From an uncultured Planctomycetota bacterium (lineage in GTDB: Bacteria; Planctomycetota; Phycisphaerae; Tepidisphaerales; Tepidisphaeraceae), in assembly GCA_963841915.1 (NCBI GenBank), contig CAWJEN010000006.1, forward strand, positions 736,001 through 800,000: DNA of 64,000 nt, given 5' to 3'. Of the stretch, positions 1 through 10,317 are shown in pieces. The position numbers were made by a program, and so were the translations under genes. Under the pieces are notes generated by a model, which was not told where the DNA came from, made no database searches, and saw only the letters and a list, made by a program, of their open reading frames with translations. The number at the start of each line of letters is the position of its first letter. The first letter of the stretch is position 1.

Positions 1-494
1 ATCAGGTTCAACGGCGTCGACGCCTCCACCACCGTCAGCAACACCGCCGGCAAAAAGGCAAAACCGATCATGCCGACCGTCAGCCAAAGCACGACCGGCA
101 ATCCGAGCCACGCGAGCAAGAACGCCGGGCCCAGGCACAGCAGCAACGACAGCCCGCCGCGTCGTGCGGGGACGAAGACGTCTTCGCCAAGCTCGCCGTT
201 CCGCAGCACCGGCGGCACCACATCAAAGCCACGCGGGCCAAAGTCGTCGAGCACATTTACATAGTGACTGACAAGGACCAGCTTCAACGCGAGCACGACG
301 ACGACCAACGGCACGCCACCACCGACGACGCCCAGCAGCAGAACGTGCAACCCTGCGGCGAGAAACAGGCAGACACCGAGCGTGATGCCGCTGGCCGGCT
401 GCAGCAGTTCCAGCGGCAGCGACGCGATCGGCCGAGCCGACTCGGGCCTGGCATAAGCCAGCGTCGCCCGCCGCAATCTCGTGTTGCCTGGCAT
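1..494 (-). CDS. Hypothetical membrane protein, runs off the window edge (3' partial)
   Basis: Manual translation: open frame from ATG 494 (MPGNTRLRRATLAYARPES...GITLGVCLFLAAGLHVLLLGVV...) to base 1 with several hydrophobic segments. Absent from the ORF track because no stop falls in the window. Confidence 0.7.
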   Translation of the reverse strand, partial: MPGNTRLRRATLAYARPESARPIASLPLELLQPASGITLGVCLFLAAGLHVLLLGVVGGGVPLVVVVLALKLVLVSHYVNVLDDFGPRGFDVVPPVLRNGELGEDVFVPARRGGLSLLLCLGPAFLLAWLGLPVVLWLTVGMIGFAFLPAVLLTVVEASTPLNL

Positions 495-557
495 CAAGTG
501 GCTGCATCATTAGCGGGCGACGTCGCGACCCGCAAGCGTGCCGCGCATGATGGTTTT

Positions 558-1025
558 ATGGCCATCACCTCCGGCAGCCTGACTCCGATCGTCCGCGCCC
601 GCGCCACGGCCATCTGTATGGCCATCATCTCGACCGTACTCGGGCTCGGCATCATGATCTATGACGGCCTGATGGTGAGTCTGCCGCAGTTTCAGCTCTT
701 CTGGCTCATGCTTGGTGCCGGCGCGTTCTACCTGCCTGGCGTCGCGTACGGCCTGGCGTGGTGGGGCCTGAAATCCGGGCGAACGTGGGCGGTGATTGTC
801 GGCATCGTCGCGGCCGTCGGGCAGGCAATGCTCGCCATCGCACTGGCCGTCGGCAACTTCGTCAGCGGCCTCGGCACGTCAGGCATGCTCATCGTCGAGT
901 GCGGTCTGTGGGCGACGGCATGCATCATCCTGGCGTTGCAGCTCAAGCGGGCGCTGCCTTGGGTGGCGCAGGACGCCGACGCCCACCACGGGTTTGAGGT
1001 CGCGCCGCTTCCGCAAAGTCACTGA
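558..1025 (+). CDS. Hypothetical membrane protein (about 4 TM helices)
   Basis: 3' part of ORF 264..1025. ATG 558 avoids overlap with the divergent gene; four hydrophobic stretches. Confidence 0.7.
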   Translation: MAITSGSLTPIVRARATAICMAIISTVLGLGIMIYDGLMVSLPQFQLFWLMLGAGAFYLPGVAYGLAWWGLKSGRTWAVIVGIVAAVGQAMLAIALAVGNFVSGLGTSGMLIVECGLWATACIILALQLKRALPWVAQDADAHHGFEVAPLPQSH

Positions 1026-1039
1026 AGTGGCTTTGTCGC

Positions 1040-2329
1040 CTACGTCTTGAGTTCTTCGTCGAGCGAGAAGAGTTTCTCGACCGCATGTCGATAGGCGGCG
1101 TGGCGGTCAGGGTCGGGCATGTGCCGCATGGCAGCGACCGGGCCGTGGAGCAGTTTGTTGACGAGCCGACGGGCGGCGTCGGTGGCGTGCAGCTCCACTG
1201 CCGCCTTTTGCTCAGGCGTCAGGTCGCTGGGCAGCTTGCCCATGAGGCGATCGATTTCGGCGGCGGCGGTCGCGTGGCTGCGGCCGTACAACCGGTCGAT
1301 CGTCGGCCCGAGGTCGCGACCGCGGTGCCAGGCGACGTACTGACCGACGGCCGTCTCGACGAGCGCCTCGGCCTTTCGCAGCTCGCCGCCATGATCTTCC
1401 GACCGCTCGGCGGCGGCCTGCTGCAGGTCGTCGAGGTCGTAGAGGTGCACGCCCTCGAGCACGCCACACGCCGCGTCAATGTCCCGCGGCAGGGCGAGGT
1501 CCATGGCGAACAACGGCCGATCCGGCCGCGTCGCCATGACCCGTCGCACCGTCGACTCGTGGACCACATTGCCGGTGTGCCCGGTGCCGCAGACGAGCAA
1601 GTCAGTGTCACCCAGAAATGCATCAAGGTCAGCCAGTGCTCCGCCGCGGCCGCCGAATTTGGCGGCGAACTTGATCGCCCGTTCACGGTCGCGACCGACG
1701 ACGACGATGGAGCGTGGCCGTTTCGTCGGGGCCAGGCCGTGCAGGTGCCGCAAGATCAAGGCCGTCATCTTGCCCGTGCCGACGCAGAGGACGCGTTTGT
1801 CGGCCAAGTTGCCAAGCACGTCCTGGGCATACTCGGCGGCGGTCTCTGCCACGCCCAGTCGTGCGGCAGACAAGCCGGTTTGCGTCCGCACCTCGCGACC
1901 GACGCGAACGGCCCGCTGGAACAGGCCGTGCAGCTTGCGACCCGACATGCCGACGGCGTGGGCGGCGTCGTAGGCGTTTCGCACCTGGCCGATGATCTGT
2001 GCCTCACCCGGCACCATGGAGTCGAGGGAGGCCCCGACGCGGAAAAGGTGCCGGACCGAGTCGACGCCGCTGTACTGGTAGAGGTGCTCGTCACCGATGC
2101 CGGCCGCACCGCTGGCGGCGAGCAGGCCCGCAACGGGATCGGCGTCTTCGCCTGCGACATACAGCTCGACGCGGTTGCACGTGCTCAGCAGCACCGCTTC
2201 GTCGCAGCAGGCGGCCTGACGCACCGCTTCGAGGGCGGCATCGAGTTTGGAGCGGGGGACGGCCAGCCGCTCGCGAACCTCGACGGCTGCGGTGCGGTGG
2301 CTGACACCTGCGACGCGAAGCTTGTTCAA
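1040..2329 (-). CDS. hemA: Glutamyl-tRNA reductase
   Basis: GVSHRTAAVEVRERL, catalytic STCNRVE, SLDSMVPGEAQIIGQV, DLALPRDID. Start set at the TTG downstream of AGAGGGG. Confidence 0.97.
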   Translation of the reverse strand: MNKLRVAGVSHRTAAVEVRERLAVPRSKLDAALEAVRQAACCDEAVLLSTCNRVELYVAGEDADPVAGLLAASGAAGIGDEHLYQYSGVDSVRHLFRVGASLDSMVPGEAQIIGQVRNAYDAAHAVGMSGRKLHGLFQRAVRVGREVRTQTGLSAARLGVAETAAEYAQDVLGNLADKRVLCVGTGKMTALILRHLHGLAPTKRPRSIVVVGRDRERAIKFAAKFGGRGGALADLDAFLGDTDLLVCGTGHTGNVVHESTVRRVMATRPDRPLFAMDLALPRDIDAACGVLEGVHLYDLDDLQQAAAERSEDHGGELRKAEALVETAVGQYVAWHRGRDLGPTIDRLYGRSHATAAAEIDRLMGKLPSDLTPEQKAAVELHATDAARRLVNKLLHGPVAAMRHMPDPDRHAAYRHAVEKLFSLDEELKT

Positions 2330-2516
2330 AGACAAACCCCCTCTGCGGCGGTCGCATGCGGGTCGGCCGATGAAAAGGGCACGGCGGGAAACACGGGCAA
2401 GCAGCTTATGCGAGTCGGCCGCCACGCCCAAACTTGTCGCCGCGTCACGGTGCCACAGGGGCAGGTGGCAACGTCGTGAGCGGTCTGAGCCTACCTGCCG
2501 CTACCCTTGACTCGCC

Positions 2517-3722
2517 TTGACGACCGGCACGCTCATCTTCCTGTTGTCCTTGCTTGCCGTGGGCGGGTTCGTCGTGAGCCTGATCGGGACGTGGGCGATG
2601 ATCCGCCTGGCCCCGCGGATCGGCCTCGTCGACCAGCCGGGGCACCGCAAGATCCACGCCGCCCCCAAGCCGCTGGGCGGCGGGGCGGGGATCTTCCTCG
2701 GGACGGCGCTGCCGTTGCTACTTGGCGTCGTCCTAGTCCTCATTTCGAGCACCAGCGTTAGCGGTACGACAACAACCGTCGGCGGCGGCAATGTGCACAT
2801 TCACGACACCTACTTCACAGTCGACGTTGCACTGCTGCCCGGCGTCGATCCGAACCTGCTCGAAGGCGTCGTTGACCAGATCCCCCTCCTCCTCGCCTTC
2901 CTCGGCGCCGGCCTCGGGATGTTCCTGCTCGGCCTCGTCGACGACCGCCGGGCCCTCGGGCCGTTCGTCAAGCTCGGCGTGCAGCTCGCGATCACCATCG
3001 GCCTCGTCGCGAGCTTCGAGGAGGTCCGCCTGCTGACCGTCCTGGGCCTCGTGCCGAGCGTGGTCATCACGACGCTCTGGATCGCCGGCGTCACCAACGC
3101 GCTCAACTTCCTCGACAACATGGATGGCCTGGCCGGCGGCGTCGCGGCGATCTGCGGGACCGTCCTGCTCGCGACGAGCGTCCTGGCCGGGCAGGTCTTC
3201 GTGCCGGCGACGCTGGCGTTGTTCGTCGGGGCGTGCGTGGGGTTTCTGTGGTTCAACTTCCCGCCGGCGAAGATCTTCATGGGCGACTCGGGGTCGCTGT
3301 TCGTCGGCCTGGTGCTGGGCGTGATGACGGTGCGGACGACGTATTTGCTGCCGGGGCAGACGCTGGCCGGCGGGTGGTACGGGGTGTTCACGCCGCTGGT
3401 CGTCCTGGCCGTGCCGCTGTACGACATGACGGTGGTGAGCGTCATCCGCCTCAGCCGCGGCAAGAGTCCGTTCGTGGGCGACACGAACCACTTTTCGCAC
3501 CGCCTCGTCCGCCGCGGCATGACCAAACGCGGGGCGGTGCTGTGCATCTGGCTCATCACGGCCGCGACGGGTCTGGCGGCATTGCTCCTGCCGCTCGTCG
3601 ACTCACCGCTGGCGGCGTGGCTGATCTTCGCCCAGACGCTGCTGATTCTCGGCGTGATCCTGATTCTGGAGCGGGGGCCGAACACGTTGGCACCTGACGA
3701 AGCTCAAGGCAAAGCCACGTAA
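2517..3722 (+). CDS. MraY/WecA-family undecaprenyl-phosphate GlcNAc-1-phosphate transferase
   Basis: RKIH..PKPLGGG, GLVDD, NALNFLDNMDGL, NFPPAKIFMGDSGS, HFSHRL; many TM helices. Confidence 0.93.
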   Translation: MTTGTLIFLLSLLAVGGFVVSLIGTWAMIRLAPRIGLVDQPGHRKIHAAPKPLGGGAGIFLGTALPLLLGVVLVLISSTSVSGTTTTVGGGNVHIHDTYFTVDVALLPGVDPNLLEGVVDQIPLLLAFLGAGLGMFLLGLVDDRRALGPFVKLGVQLAITIGLVASFEEVRLLTVLGLVPSVVITTLWIAGVTNALNFLDNMDGLAGGVAAICGTVLLATSVLAGQVFVPATLALFVGACVGFLWFNFPPAKIFMGDSGSLFVGLVLGVMTVRTTYLLPGQTLAGGWYGVFTPLVVLAVPLYDMTVVSVIRLSRGKSPFVGDTNHFSHRLVRRGMTKRGAVLCIWLITAATGLAALLLPLVDSPLAAWLIFAQTLLILGVILILERGPNTLAPDEAQGKAT

Positions 3723-3760
3723 GCGGCTTTGCGGCGGCTGTCGGGTTCTATGTTCAGTCT

Positions 3761-6071
3761 GTGTCTGCAGTTGAGCCGCACCCATTGACGAGGATGGCTT
3801 TCTGGCTGGCGGTGCCGTTGGCGGCGGCGCGGGCGTTGTCGCTGATCTACCTGCGGGACACTCGAGCCGGTGCTGCCCCTGGCACCGACGGACGCCATGC
3901 CCGCGACGTTTGCCGGGCCGTCGGTGTCGGTGGTGCTCGACCTGCTCTGCTTGCTTCCGGCGATCCTGGTGCTGCTCAGGCGGGCGGTCGACGACTCGTT
4001 CCGCCTGCCGCCCGTGGCTGGCATCGGCTTTGCATGGTGCTGCTGTCGGTATGGGCGTTCACCAGCATGGGCTGGGCCAGCGACGCGTTTGCGGCAGGCG
4101 TTGGCGGCATCGACATGGCTCGCGGCGGCGGCGTTGCTGTTCGCCATCGCCGGCAGCGTCCGGTCGTGGGGCGACACCCGAGTTTGTGCGGGCCTGCTCG
4201 TCGGCATCCTTGCCGCGAATGTGCTGACCGGACTGTGGTTCCTCACCAGTGAGCTGCCGGCGACGATCGAGCAGTTTGAGTCGAACATCGAGGCCAACCT
4301 TCGCGCCCGTGGCATGACGCCGGGCAGCACGTCGGCCGACTTGTTCATGGGCCGCATGAAACGCGGCGAATACTTCGGCAACACCTCCAGCGTCAACTCC
4401 TTTGCCGCCACGCTCGGCAGCCTGTCGCTTGTCTCGATCGGCCTCGTCTGGTCGTCGCTGCGAGAAAAGTGTCCGCCTTGGAGCATGTTCGCCGTCGTCT
4501 TCGGCCTGGCCGGCGTCGGCTGTGCCGTGGCCGCCGCCGGTGGGATCGCCGACAGCTATCTCCTGCTCAACCTCGGGACCGTGATTGCGGCGGGTGGGGC
4601 CATCTTCGCACTGTCACGCGATCCGACGCGGCTGGCGGTGCCGAACCTTGTGGTGGTCGCCGGGGCGATGTATTTGTTCCTCCGCACGGGCGGCAGGACA
4701 GCATTGCTGGCGATGGTCATAGCCGGCGGCGCGATGGCATTGCTGTGGCTCGTTCGCAGCCGCCTGAGGTCGTGGATGGGCGCGGCCGTCGTCGCGGCGG
4801 TGCTGGCCGGCGCGGGCGTGTTGCTGCTGTGGGGCATTGCGACAGGTGACATGCCGCACGTGTCGCTGCGGTTTCGACTGTACTACTGGCTCGGCGCGCT
4901 TGGCATGACTGGCGAGTCGCCGCTGCTAGGCGTCGGCTTCGGCAACTTCGGCGATGCCTACCTGCTCCACCGGCCCCTCGCCGCGGCCGAAGAGGTCAAA
5001 GACCCGCACAGCCTGCCGATGCGGTTCCTGGCAGAAACCGGCCTCATCGGCCTCGGCCTTGCCATCGCCTGGCTGCTGACCCTGGGTCGCGACGTGGCCA
5101 AAGCATCGGGGGCGGCGGTCATCGGCAACGTGGCCTCGGCCAAGTTGGCGGCGTGGGTGGCTGTCCTCGCCGGTGTGCTTGCGACAGCAGCAACGCTCGA
5201 CTTTGCTGCCGATCCGGGCTTCGTCGCGCTCGAGGTCATGCAGGCGATCGTCGTCACGCTGGCGATGGCCGCGTGCGTCATCTTTGCCGTGGCTCGATCG
5301 ACGGAGGCGACCGACATCGAGGTTTCACCCGCGCCGGCAGTCGTGGCATCGCTGCTCGCCGCGGCCGGTGCACTGTTGATTCACACAATGCTCGATGTCG
5401 TCCTCTTCTCGGAGAGCGTGCTGTTCATTGCCGTCCTCGTCGTCGGCCCGGTGCTCGGCACGCGGCAAGTCGTCGTCGGCCCGCGCAGGCGGTCGCTGTT
5501 CTTGGTGACAACGGGCGTAGCAGCCATCTCGGCGGTGGTCTACGCAGGCCTTTTCGCATTGCCCGTGGTCTTGGCCGAGTCCTCTGCACAGCAGGGCGAC
5601 CTGCTCGTTCGGCAGAATCGTCCGCAGGAGGCGGTTCGGGCATACGAGGCCGCCTTCGAGCGGTCGCCGATGATCAACGGTGACTACCTCGCCCGCAAGG
5701 GAGATGCGTTGCTGTTTGCTGATGACGCCATCGCCGCCGAGGAGGCGTACGAGGCCGCCGCCGCGACCGCTCCGGCCAACATCAAGTATCTGAGTGCGCT
5801 GGCCACGTTCGCAGAGCGTCGCGGCGACCGGGCGGCGGTGGTCATCCTCCGCGAGCAGATGATCGAACTCAACCCGAGCGAAGTCGCTCTGCGACTCCGG
5901 CTGGCAGACGCTTACGAAGCGGCAGGGCGACCGGCCGATGCCGCGGAGCAACTGAGCACTGCTCTGAACCTTGACGCTGCCTTTGCCGCCGACGAGCCCG
6001 AGCGGTTGGGTGACGAAGTCGTCGACAGCATCAAGTCAAGGATGGCAGCGCTGCGGGCCGAAGCTGACTGA
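3761..6071 (+). CDS. O-antigen ligase (Wzy_C) family membrane protein with C-terminal TPR-like helices; frameshifted near the 5' end
   Basis: SLRFRLYYW..PLLGVGFGNF..DPHS..LAETGLIG motif. The N-terminus alternates between the frames of ORFs 3761 and 3870 at about 3860, 4033 and 4097. Confidence 0.85.
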
Positions 6072-6158
6072 CCGGCAGCGTGCACCTTTTCTCCGGCGGC
6101 TACGCTGCCTACCCTTCCCGCCCGACAGCGTCCGCCGCTCTCAAGACCCAAGCACCCC

Positions 6159-6428
6159 ATGGCCTACAAGTACAAGCCCCGCAAGGCCGTAAAGAAGCGT
6201 TTTCGCGTCACTGCCACCGGCAAGCTCAAGCACGAGCGGACGCTGCGTCGCCACCTGCTGAGCAACCGCAGCGGCGACAAGAAGCGTGCGTTGGCCCGGC
6301 CTGACGTGCTCAGCGAGACCCATGCCGGCCCGCTGCGTGTGGCGATGGGCATCTCGGGCCTGAATCCCAAGCGGACCCAGCACAAGCGTCGCCTCAAGGC
6401 GATTGCCGACGCCAAGGCAGAGGCCTAA
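6159..6428 (+). CDS. rpmI: 50S ribosomal protein L35 (C-terminally extended)
   Basis: KKRFRVTATGKLK..RHLL motif; immediately upstream of rplT. Confidence 0.95.
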   Translation: MAYKYKPRKAVKKRFRVTATGKLKHERTLRRHLLSNRSGDKKRALARPDVLSETHAGPLRVAMGISGLNPKRTQHKRRLKAIADAKAEA

Positions 6429-6525
6429 AGCCTCGCCTGCGTCACCCCCTTCAAGTTGTCGACATGTCGTCGGCACGGCTACGCGTTCACGCCTCTAGCC
6501 CCACAAGACTCCTCACCCCAACCCG

Positions 6526-6909
6526 ATGCCAAGAGTAACAGGCGGCCCCAAGCAGGCCCAGAAACGCAAACGGCTTCTCAAGAAAGCCAAGGGCTTTGTC
6601 GGCCCCCGCGGAACCAACTATCGTCTGGCCAAGGACGCGGTCCGCCGCGCCGGTGCCTACGCGACCGAGCACCGCCGCCAGAAGAAGCGCATGTTCCGCC
6701 AGCTGTGGATCACGCGTTTGTCCGCTGCCTTGTCGATGCACGACATCAGCTACAGCCGCTTTATTCCCGCCGCCCAATTGGCCGGCGTCGAGCTCAACCG
6801 CAAGATGCTCAGCGAGATCGCCATTGCCGATCCCGATGCATTCAAGGCCATTGTCGACCTTGTCCGCCCGCACGTGCACGTGCCGCAGGCGACCGCCCAG
6901 GCCGCTTGA
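6526..6909 (+). CDS. rplT: 50S ribosomal protein L20
   Basis: MPRV..KKAKGF..RRQKKRMFRQLWITRL..SYSRFI..LNRKMLSEIAIADP. Confidence 0.98.
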   Translation: MPRVTGGPKQAQKRKRLLKKAKGFVGPRGTNYRLAKDAVRRAGAYATEHRRQKKRMFRQLWITRLSAALSMHDISYSRFIPAAQLAGVELNRKMLSEIAIADPDAFKAIVDLVRPHVHVPQATAQAA

Positions 6910-6933
6910 GCACGTCGCTCAACAGCAACAGAT

Positions 6934-6969
6934 GGAGCCGCGTCGCGATGCGACGCGGCTCCTTTCGTT
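6934..6969 (+). terminator. Intrinsic terminator after rplT
   Basis: Perfect 13-bp stem GGAGCCGCGTCGC-GAT-GCGACGCGGCTCC followed by TTTCGTT. Confidence 0.85.
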
Positions 6970-7007
6970 AGTCGCATTGCCAGGCGTAACCTCCTTGCCC
7001 GCTGCGC

Positions 7008-8327
7008 ATGTCGCGGGCACCTGTTTTGAAGAAGATCGTCGCCATCGTCATCGTGTGTGTCGTCATTGCCGCCATTGCGGCGGGTGTGGCGTCTCGGGGC
7101 GGCGACGACGAGGGCACGGTCGTCCAGGTCGAGGCCGCGACACGCGGTCCGCTCGTCGTCAGCATCACAGCACCTGGTGAGATTCGAGCCGACACGCGGG
7201 TCAGTCTGTCGGCCAGAACCAGTGCTCGCATCATCGAGTTGCCGTTCGAAGAGGGCGACGTCGTCGGCGAAGGTGACGTGCTGGTACGGCTCGACGACGT
7301 CGATGCCAAGGCGAGCGTGCGGTCGGCAGAGGCTAATAAGCGGCAGGCGGAGGCGATTCTGGTGGTCGCCAAGGCACGTCTTCAGGCCGCCGGTGCGGCC
7401 TTGGCAGTCAACGGTGCCAACCTGAACGAAGCGACGCTCGAGCTCGAGCGTCAGCAAAGCCTGTCGGCGTCGAACGACACGAGCCGTCGCGCCGTCGAGT
7501 CCGCCGCCGCCGCCGTTGAACGGCTCAAGGCTCAGGTCGAAACGGACGAGCTGCAGCTTGCCGCCGACGAGGCCAACTTAGAAGCGCTGGCCGCCGCCGT
7601 CGATGCCGCCGGGGCGGGCGTCGAGCGGGCCCGACAGACGCTTGACGACACCATCATCACCAGCCCGATTGCTGGCGTCGTGACGCGACTCAACGCTGAG
7701 GTCGGCGAGGTTGTCGTCGTCGGCACGATGAATAACGCGGGCACGGTCATCCTCGAGGTGGCGGACCTGCAGACGATGATCTGCGTGGCAGAAGTCGACG
7801 AGGCGAGCGTCGCCAGCGTGTCGGTCGGTCAGGCGGCGACGGTGCGATCAGCGGCTTACGACGACATGCCGTTGCCCGGCGTCGTCCGCAGCGTCGCGCT
7901 GGCCAAGACCACGGACCTTCGCAGCGACGACACCGGCTACTACGAAGTCGAAATCGTCCTTGAGCTCGATAAATTCGGCGACAGCTTCCGCAGGCTCAGC
8001 GGGCTGACGAGCGATGTCGAGATCGAGACGCAGAAGCTCGACAACGTGCTGCGTGTGCCAAGCCAATCGGTGGTCGGCCGCCGCGTCGACAGTCTGCCGG
8101 ACGATGTTCGAGATAGCGAAGCCCTCGACAAGGGGCTGGCGTTTGCCCCCGTTGTCTACCGCATCGAAGGCGGCGTCGCAGTGGCAGTGCCGGTCAGGAT
8201 CGGCGAAAGCGACCTGCTGCAGACGAGCATCGACGTCGGCATCGAAGAGGGTGACGAGGTCGTGATCGGCCCGTTCCAGACCCTCGACGGCCTCACAGCC
8301 GGCACCAAGCTGAGGAAGAACGAATGA
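7008..8327 (+). CDS. Efflux periplasmic adaptor subunit (MacA/HlyD-like)
   Basis: N-terminal TM, lipoyl-like EEGDVV..GDVLVRLD, coiled coil, ITSPIAGVV; followed by ABC ATPase and permease genes. Confidence 0.92.
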   Translation: MSRAPVLKKIVAIVIVCVVIAAIAAGVASRGGDDEGTVVQVEAATRGPLVVSITAPGEIRADTRVSLSARTSARIIELPFEEGDVVGEGDVLVRLDDVDAKASVRSAEANKRQAEAILVVAKARLQAAGAALAVNGANLNEATLELERQQSLSASNDTSRRAVESAAAAVERLKAQVETDELQLAADEANLEALAAAVDAAGAGVERARQTLDDTIITSPIAGVVTRLNAEVGEVVVVGTMNNAGTVILEVADLQTMICVAEVDEASVASVSVGQAATVRSAAYDDMPLPGVVRSVALAKTTDLRSDDTGYYEVEIVLELDKFGDSFRRLSGLTSDVEIETQKLDNVLRVPSQSVVGRRVDSLPDDVRDSEALDKGLAFAPVVYRIEGGVAVAVPVRIGESDLLQTSIDVGIEEGDEVVIGPFQTLDGLTAGTKLRKNE

Positions 8328-9076
8328 TGCCGCAGACGCATTCGTACCAGCAGCCGGCCGCGTCCACAGGTGTGCTTCTCCAGCTGCGCGGCATCAAAAA
8401 GCGGTACGAAGTCGGTGGCGAGATCGTCCGAGCCCTCGACGGCGTCGACCTCGACATCACCCGCGGTGAGTACGTCGCCATCATGGGCGCCAGCGGTAGC
8501 GGCAAGTCGACGCTCATGAACCTGCTCGGCTGCCTCGATCGGCCGACGGACGGCACGTACGAGCTGGCGGGAAAACGCGTCGACGCCATGCCCGCCGCCG
8601 AGCTGGCGGGTGTGCGGAATCGAGAGATCGGCTTTGTGTTCCAAAGTTTCGAGTTGCTCGCCCGGCAGACGGCGCTTCGCAACGTCGAGCTGCCGTTGCT
8701 GTACAGCGACGACGCCTACCGCGACCGCCGCACCCTGGCCGAGGCAGCCTTGCGGATCGTCGGGCTCGGTGACCGCATGACGCACCGTCCAAGCCAGCTT
8801 TCAGGGGGTCAGCGGCAACGCGTCGCGATCGCCCGGGCCCTCGTCAACAAGCCGGCCATCCTGCTCGCCGACGAGCCGACGGGAGCACTCGATTCGAAGA
8901 CGACCGACGATATTCTGCAGCTGTTTGCCGACCTGCACACGAGTGGACAGACGATTATCGTCGTGACGCACGAGGCCGACGTGGCCGCCCGGGCTGGTCG
9001 GATCATCCGCATGAGCGACGGCAAAATCATCGCCGACGAAGCCAACGTGCCGGCCCAGGCCAAGGTGGCGGCGTGA
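8324..9076 (+). CDS. ABC transporter ATP-binding protein (MacB/LolD type)
   Basis: Walker A GASGSGKST, LSGGQRQR, LADEPTGALD, VTHE. Confidence 0.97.
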   Translation: MMPQTHSYQQPAASTGVLLQLRGIKKRYEVGGEIVRALDGVDLDITRGEYVAIMGASGSGKSTLMNLLGCLDRPTDGTYELAGKRVDAMPAAELAGVRNREIGFVFQSFELLARQTALRNVELPLLYSDDAYRDRRTLAEAALRIVGLGDRMTHRPSQLSGGQRQRVAIARALVNKPAILLADEPTGALDSKTTDDILQLFADLHTSGQTIIVVTHEADVAARAGRIIRMSDGKIIADEANVPAQAKVAA

Positions 9077-10317
9077 TCAGATACGTCGTCGTCGTGCTCG
9101 TCAGCATTCGGCTGGCGTTGTCGCAGGTTTGGGCCAACAAGGTCCGGGCGGCGCTGACCACGTTGGGCATCATCATCGGCGTCGCCAGCGTCACGCTCGT
9201 CATCGCCAGCGTCGTCGGCCTCGAGCGGGCGGTGCTGAGCGAGGTCGGCAAGTTCGGGGCCAACAACCTGTTCATCCTGCCCGATCGGCCTGACGAAGGG
9301 CCGGACTCCGAGCTGCCGTTTCGGCTGTTCAACTTCAAGCCTGACGAGTTTGAAGGGTTGGCAGAGGTTGCCCCGAGCATCAGCGGATTTACCCGGGTGA
9401 CGAACCGCCGACTCGGCGTCCGCAACGGCGACGAGCAGTTCACGAAGCAGGTCACCGGCATCGACGCCGCCTGGCACGACGTAGAGAGTCGCCAGGTCAT
9501 CATCGGTCGGCCATTCACGCTGCTCGACCGTGAACGCGGGGCCTCCGTGTGCCTGATCGATGAAGAGACCCGTGACGAGCTGAAATTACCGACCGATCCG
9601 ACGGGCCAGGACGTGCTCATCGGCGGCAGGCGGTTCCGCGTGGTCGGCGTCGTCGAAGAAGACCGTCGGCCCAACTTTGGTGGCGGCCCACCTGAGACGC
9701 AGGTCTACGTGCCGTTCGACACGCTCAATGCCATGGACCCGAATCCGTGGCAGTTCGTCTACGTCGCTGCGTCGGCGGTCGATGCCCAGAGTGTCGAGGA
9801 GGCTGCGGGCCAAGTGACGTTTTACCTGCGGAACCGTCGCGGCATTGGTCCGGGTGAGCAGGACACGTTTCAGGTGAAACGCGTCGAGGCGGCGATCGAT
9901 CAGATCCGCAACATCGGCCGAATCATCACGTTTGCCGCCGCCGGTGTCGTCGGCATCTCGCTGGTTGTCGGCGGAATCGGCATCATGAACATCATGCTCG
10001 TCAGCGTCAGCGAACGCACCCGCGAGATCGGCCTGCGGAAAGCCGTCGGTGCCCGACCGGCCGTCATCCTGATTCAGTTCCTTGTCGAGGCCATTGTGCT
10101 GTGTCTCGTCGGCGGACTCATCGGCCTAGGCATTGGTCAGGCGGCCACCTTCACGCTGCGGTCGCTGCCCGACTCGCCGCTCGCCGAAGCCGCCATCCCG
10201 CCTTGGGCCATCGCGCTTGCCTTCGGCTTCTCCGCTGCCGTCGGTCTCATCTTCGGCATGTTCCCGGCCATCAAGGCCAGCCGGCTCGATCCTATTGTCG
10301 CGTTGCGTCACGAATGA
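9073..10317 (+). CDS. ABC transporter permease (MacB/FtsX type)
   Basis: LTTLGIIIGVASV, GGIGIMNIMLVSVSERTREIGLRKAVGA, PAIKASRLDPIVALRHE. Confidence 0.96.
   Translation: MIRYVVVVLVSIRLALSQVWANKVRAALTTLGIIIGVASVTLVIASVVGLERAVLSEVGKFGANNLFILPDRPDEGPDSELPFRLFNFKPDEFEGLAEVAPSISGFTRVTNRRLGVRNGDEQFTKQVTGIDAAWHDVESRQVIIGRPFTLLDRERGASVCLIDEETRDELKLPTDPTGQDVLIGGRRFRVVGVVEEDRRPNFGGGPPETQVYVPFDTLNAMDPNPWQFVYVAASAVDAQSVEEAAGQVTFYLRNRRGIGPGEQDTFQVKRVEAAIDQIRNIGRIITFAAAGVVGISLVVGGIGIMNIMLVSVSERTREIGLRKAVGARPAVILIQFLVEAIVLCLVGGLIGLGIGQAATFTLRSLPDSPLAEAAIPPWAIALAFGFSAAVGLIFGMFPAIKASRLDPIVALRHE

Noticed and set aside
1085..2479. 464-aa plus-strand ORF and similar long antisense ORFs (28025-29113, 35373-36764, 41671-42996)
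   Set aside because: They lie opposite well-supported genes, have no motifs, and are expected in high-GC DNA.
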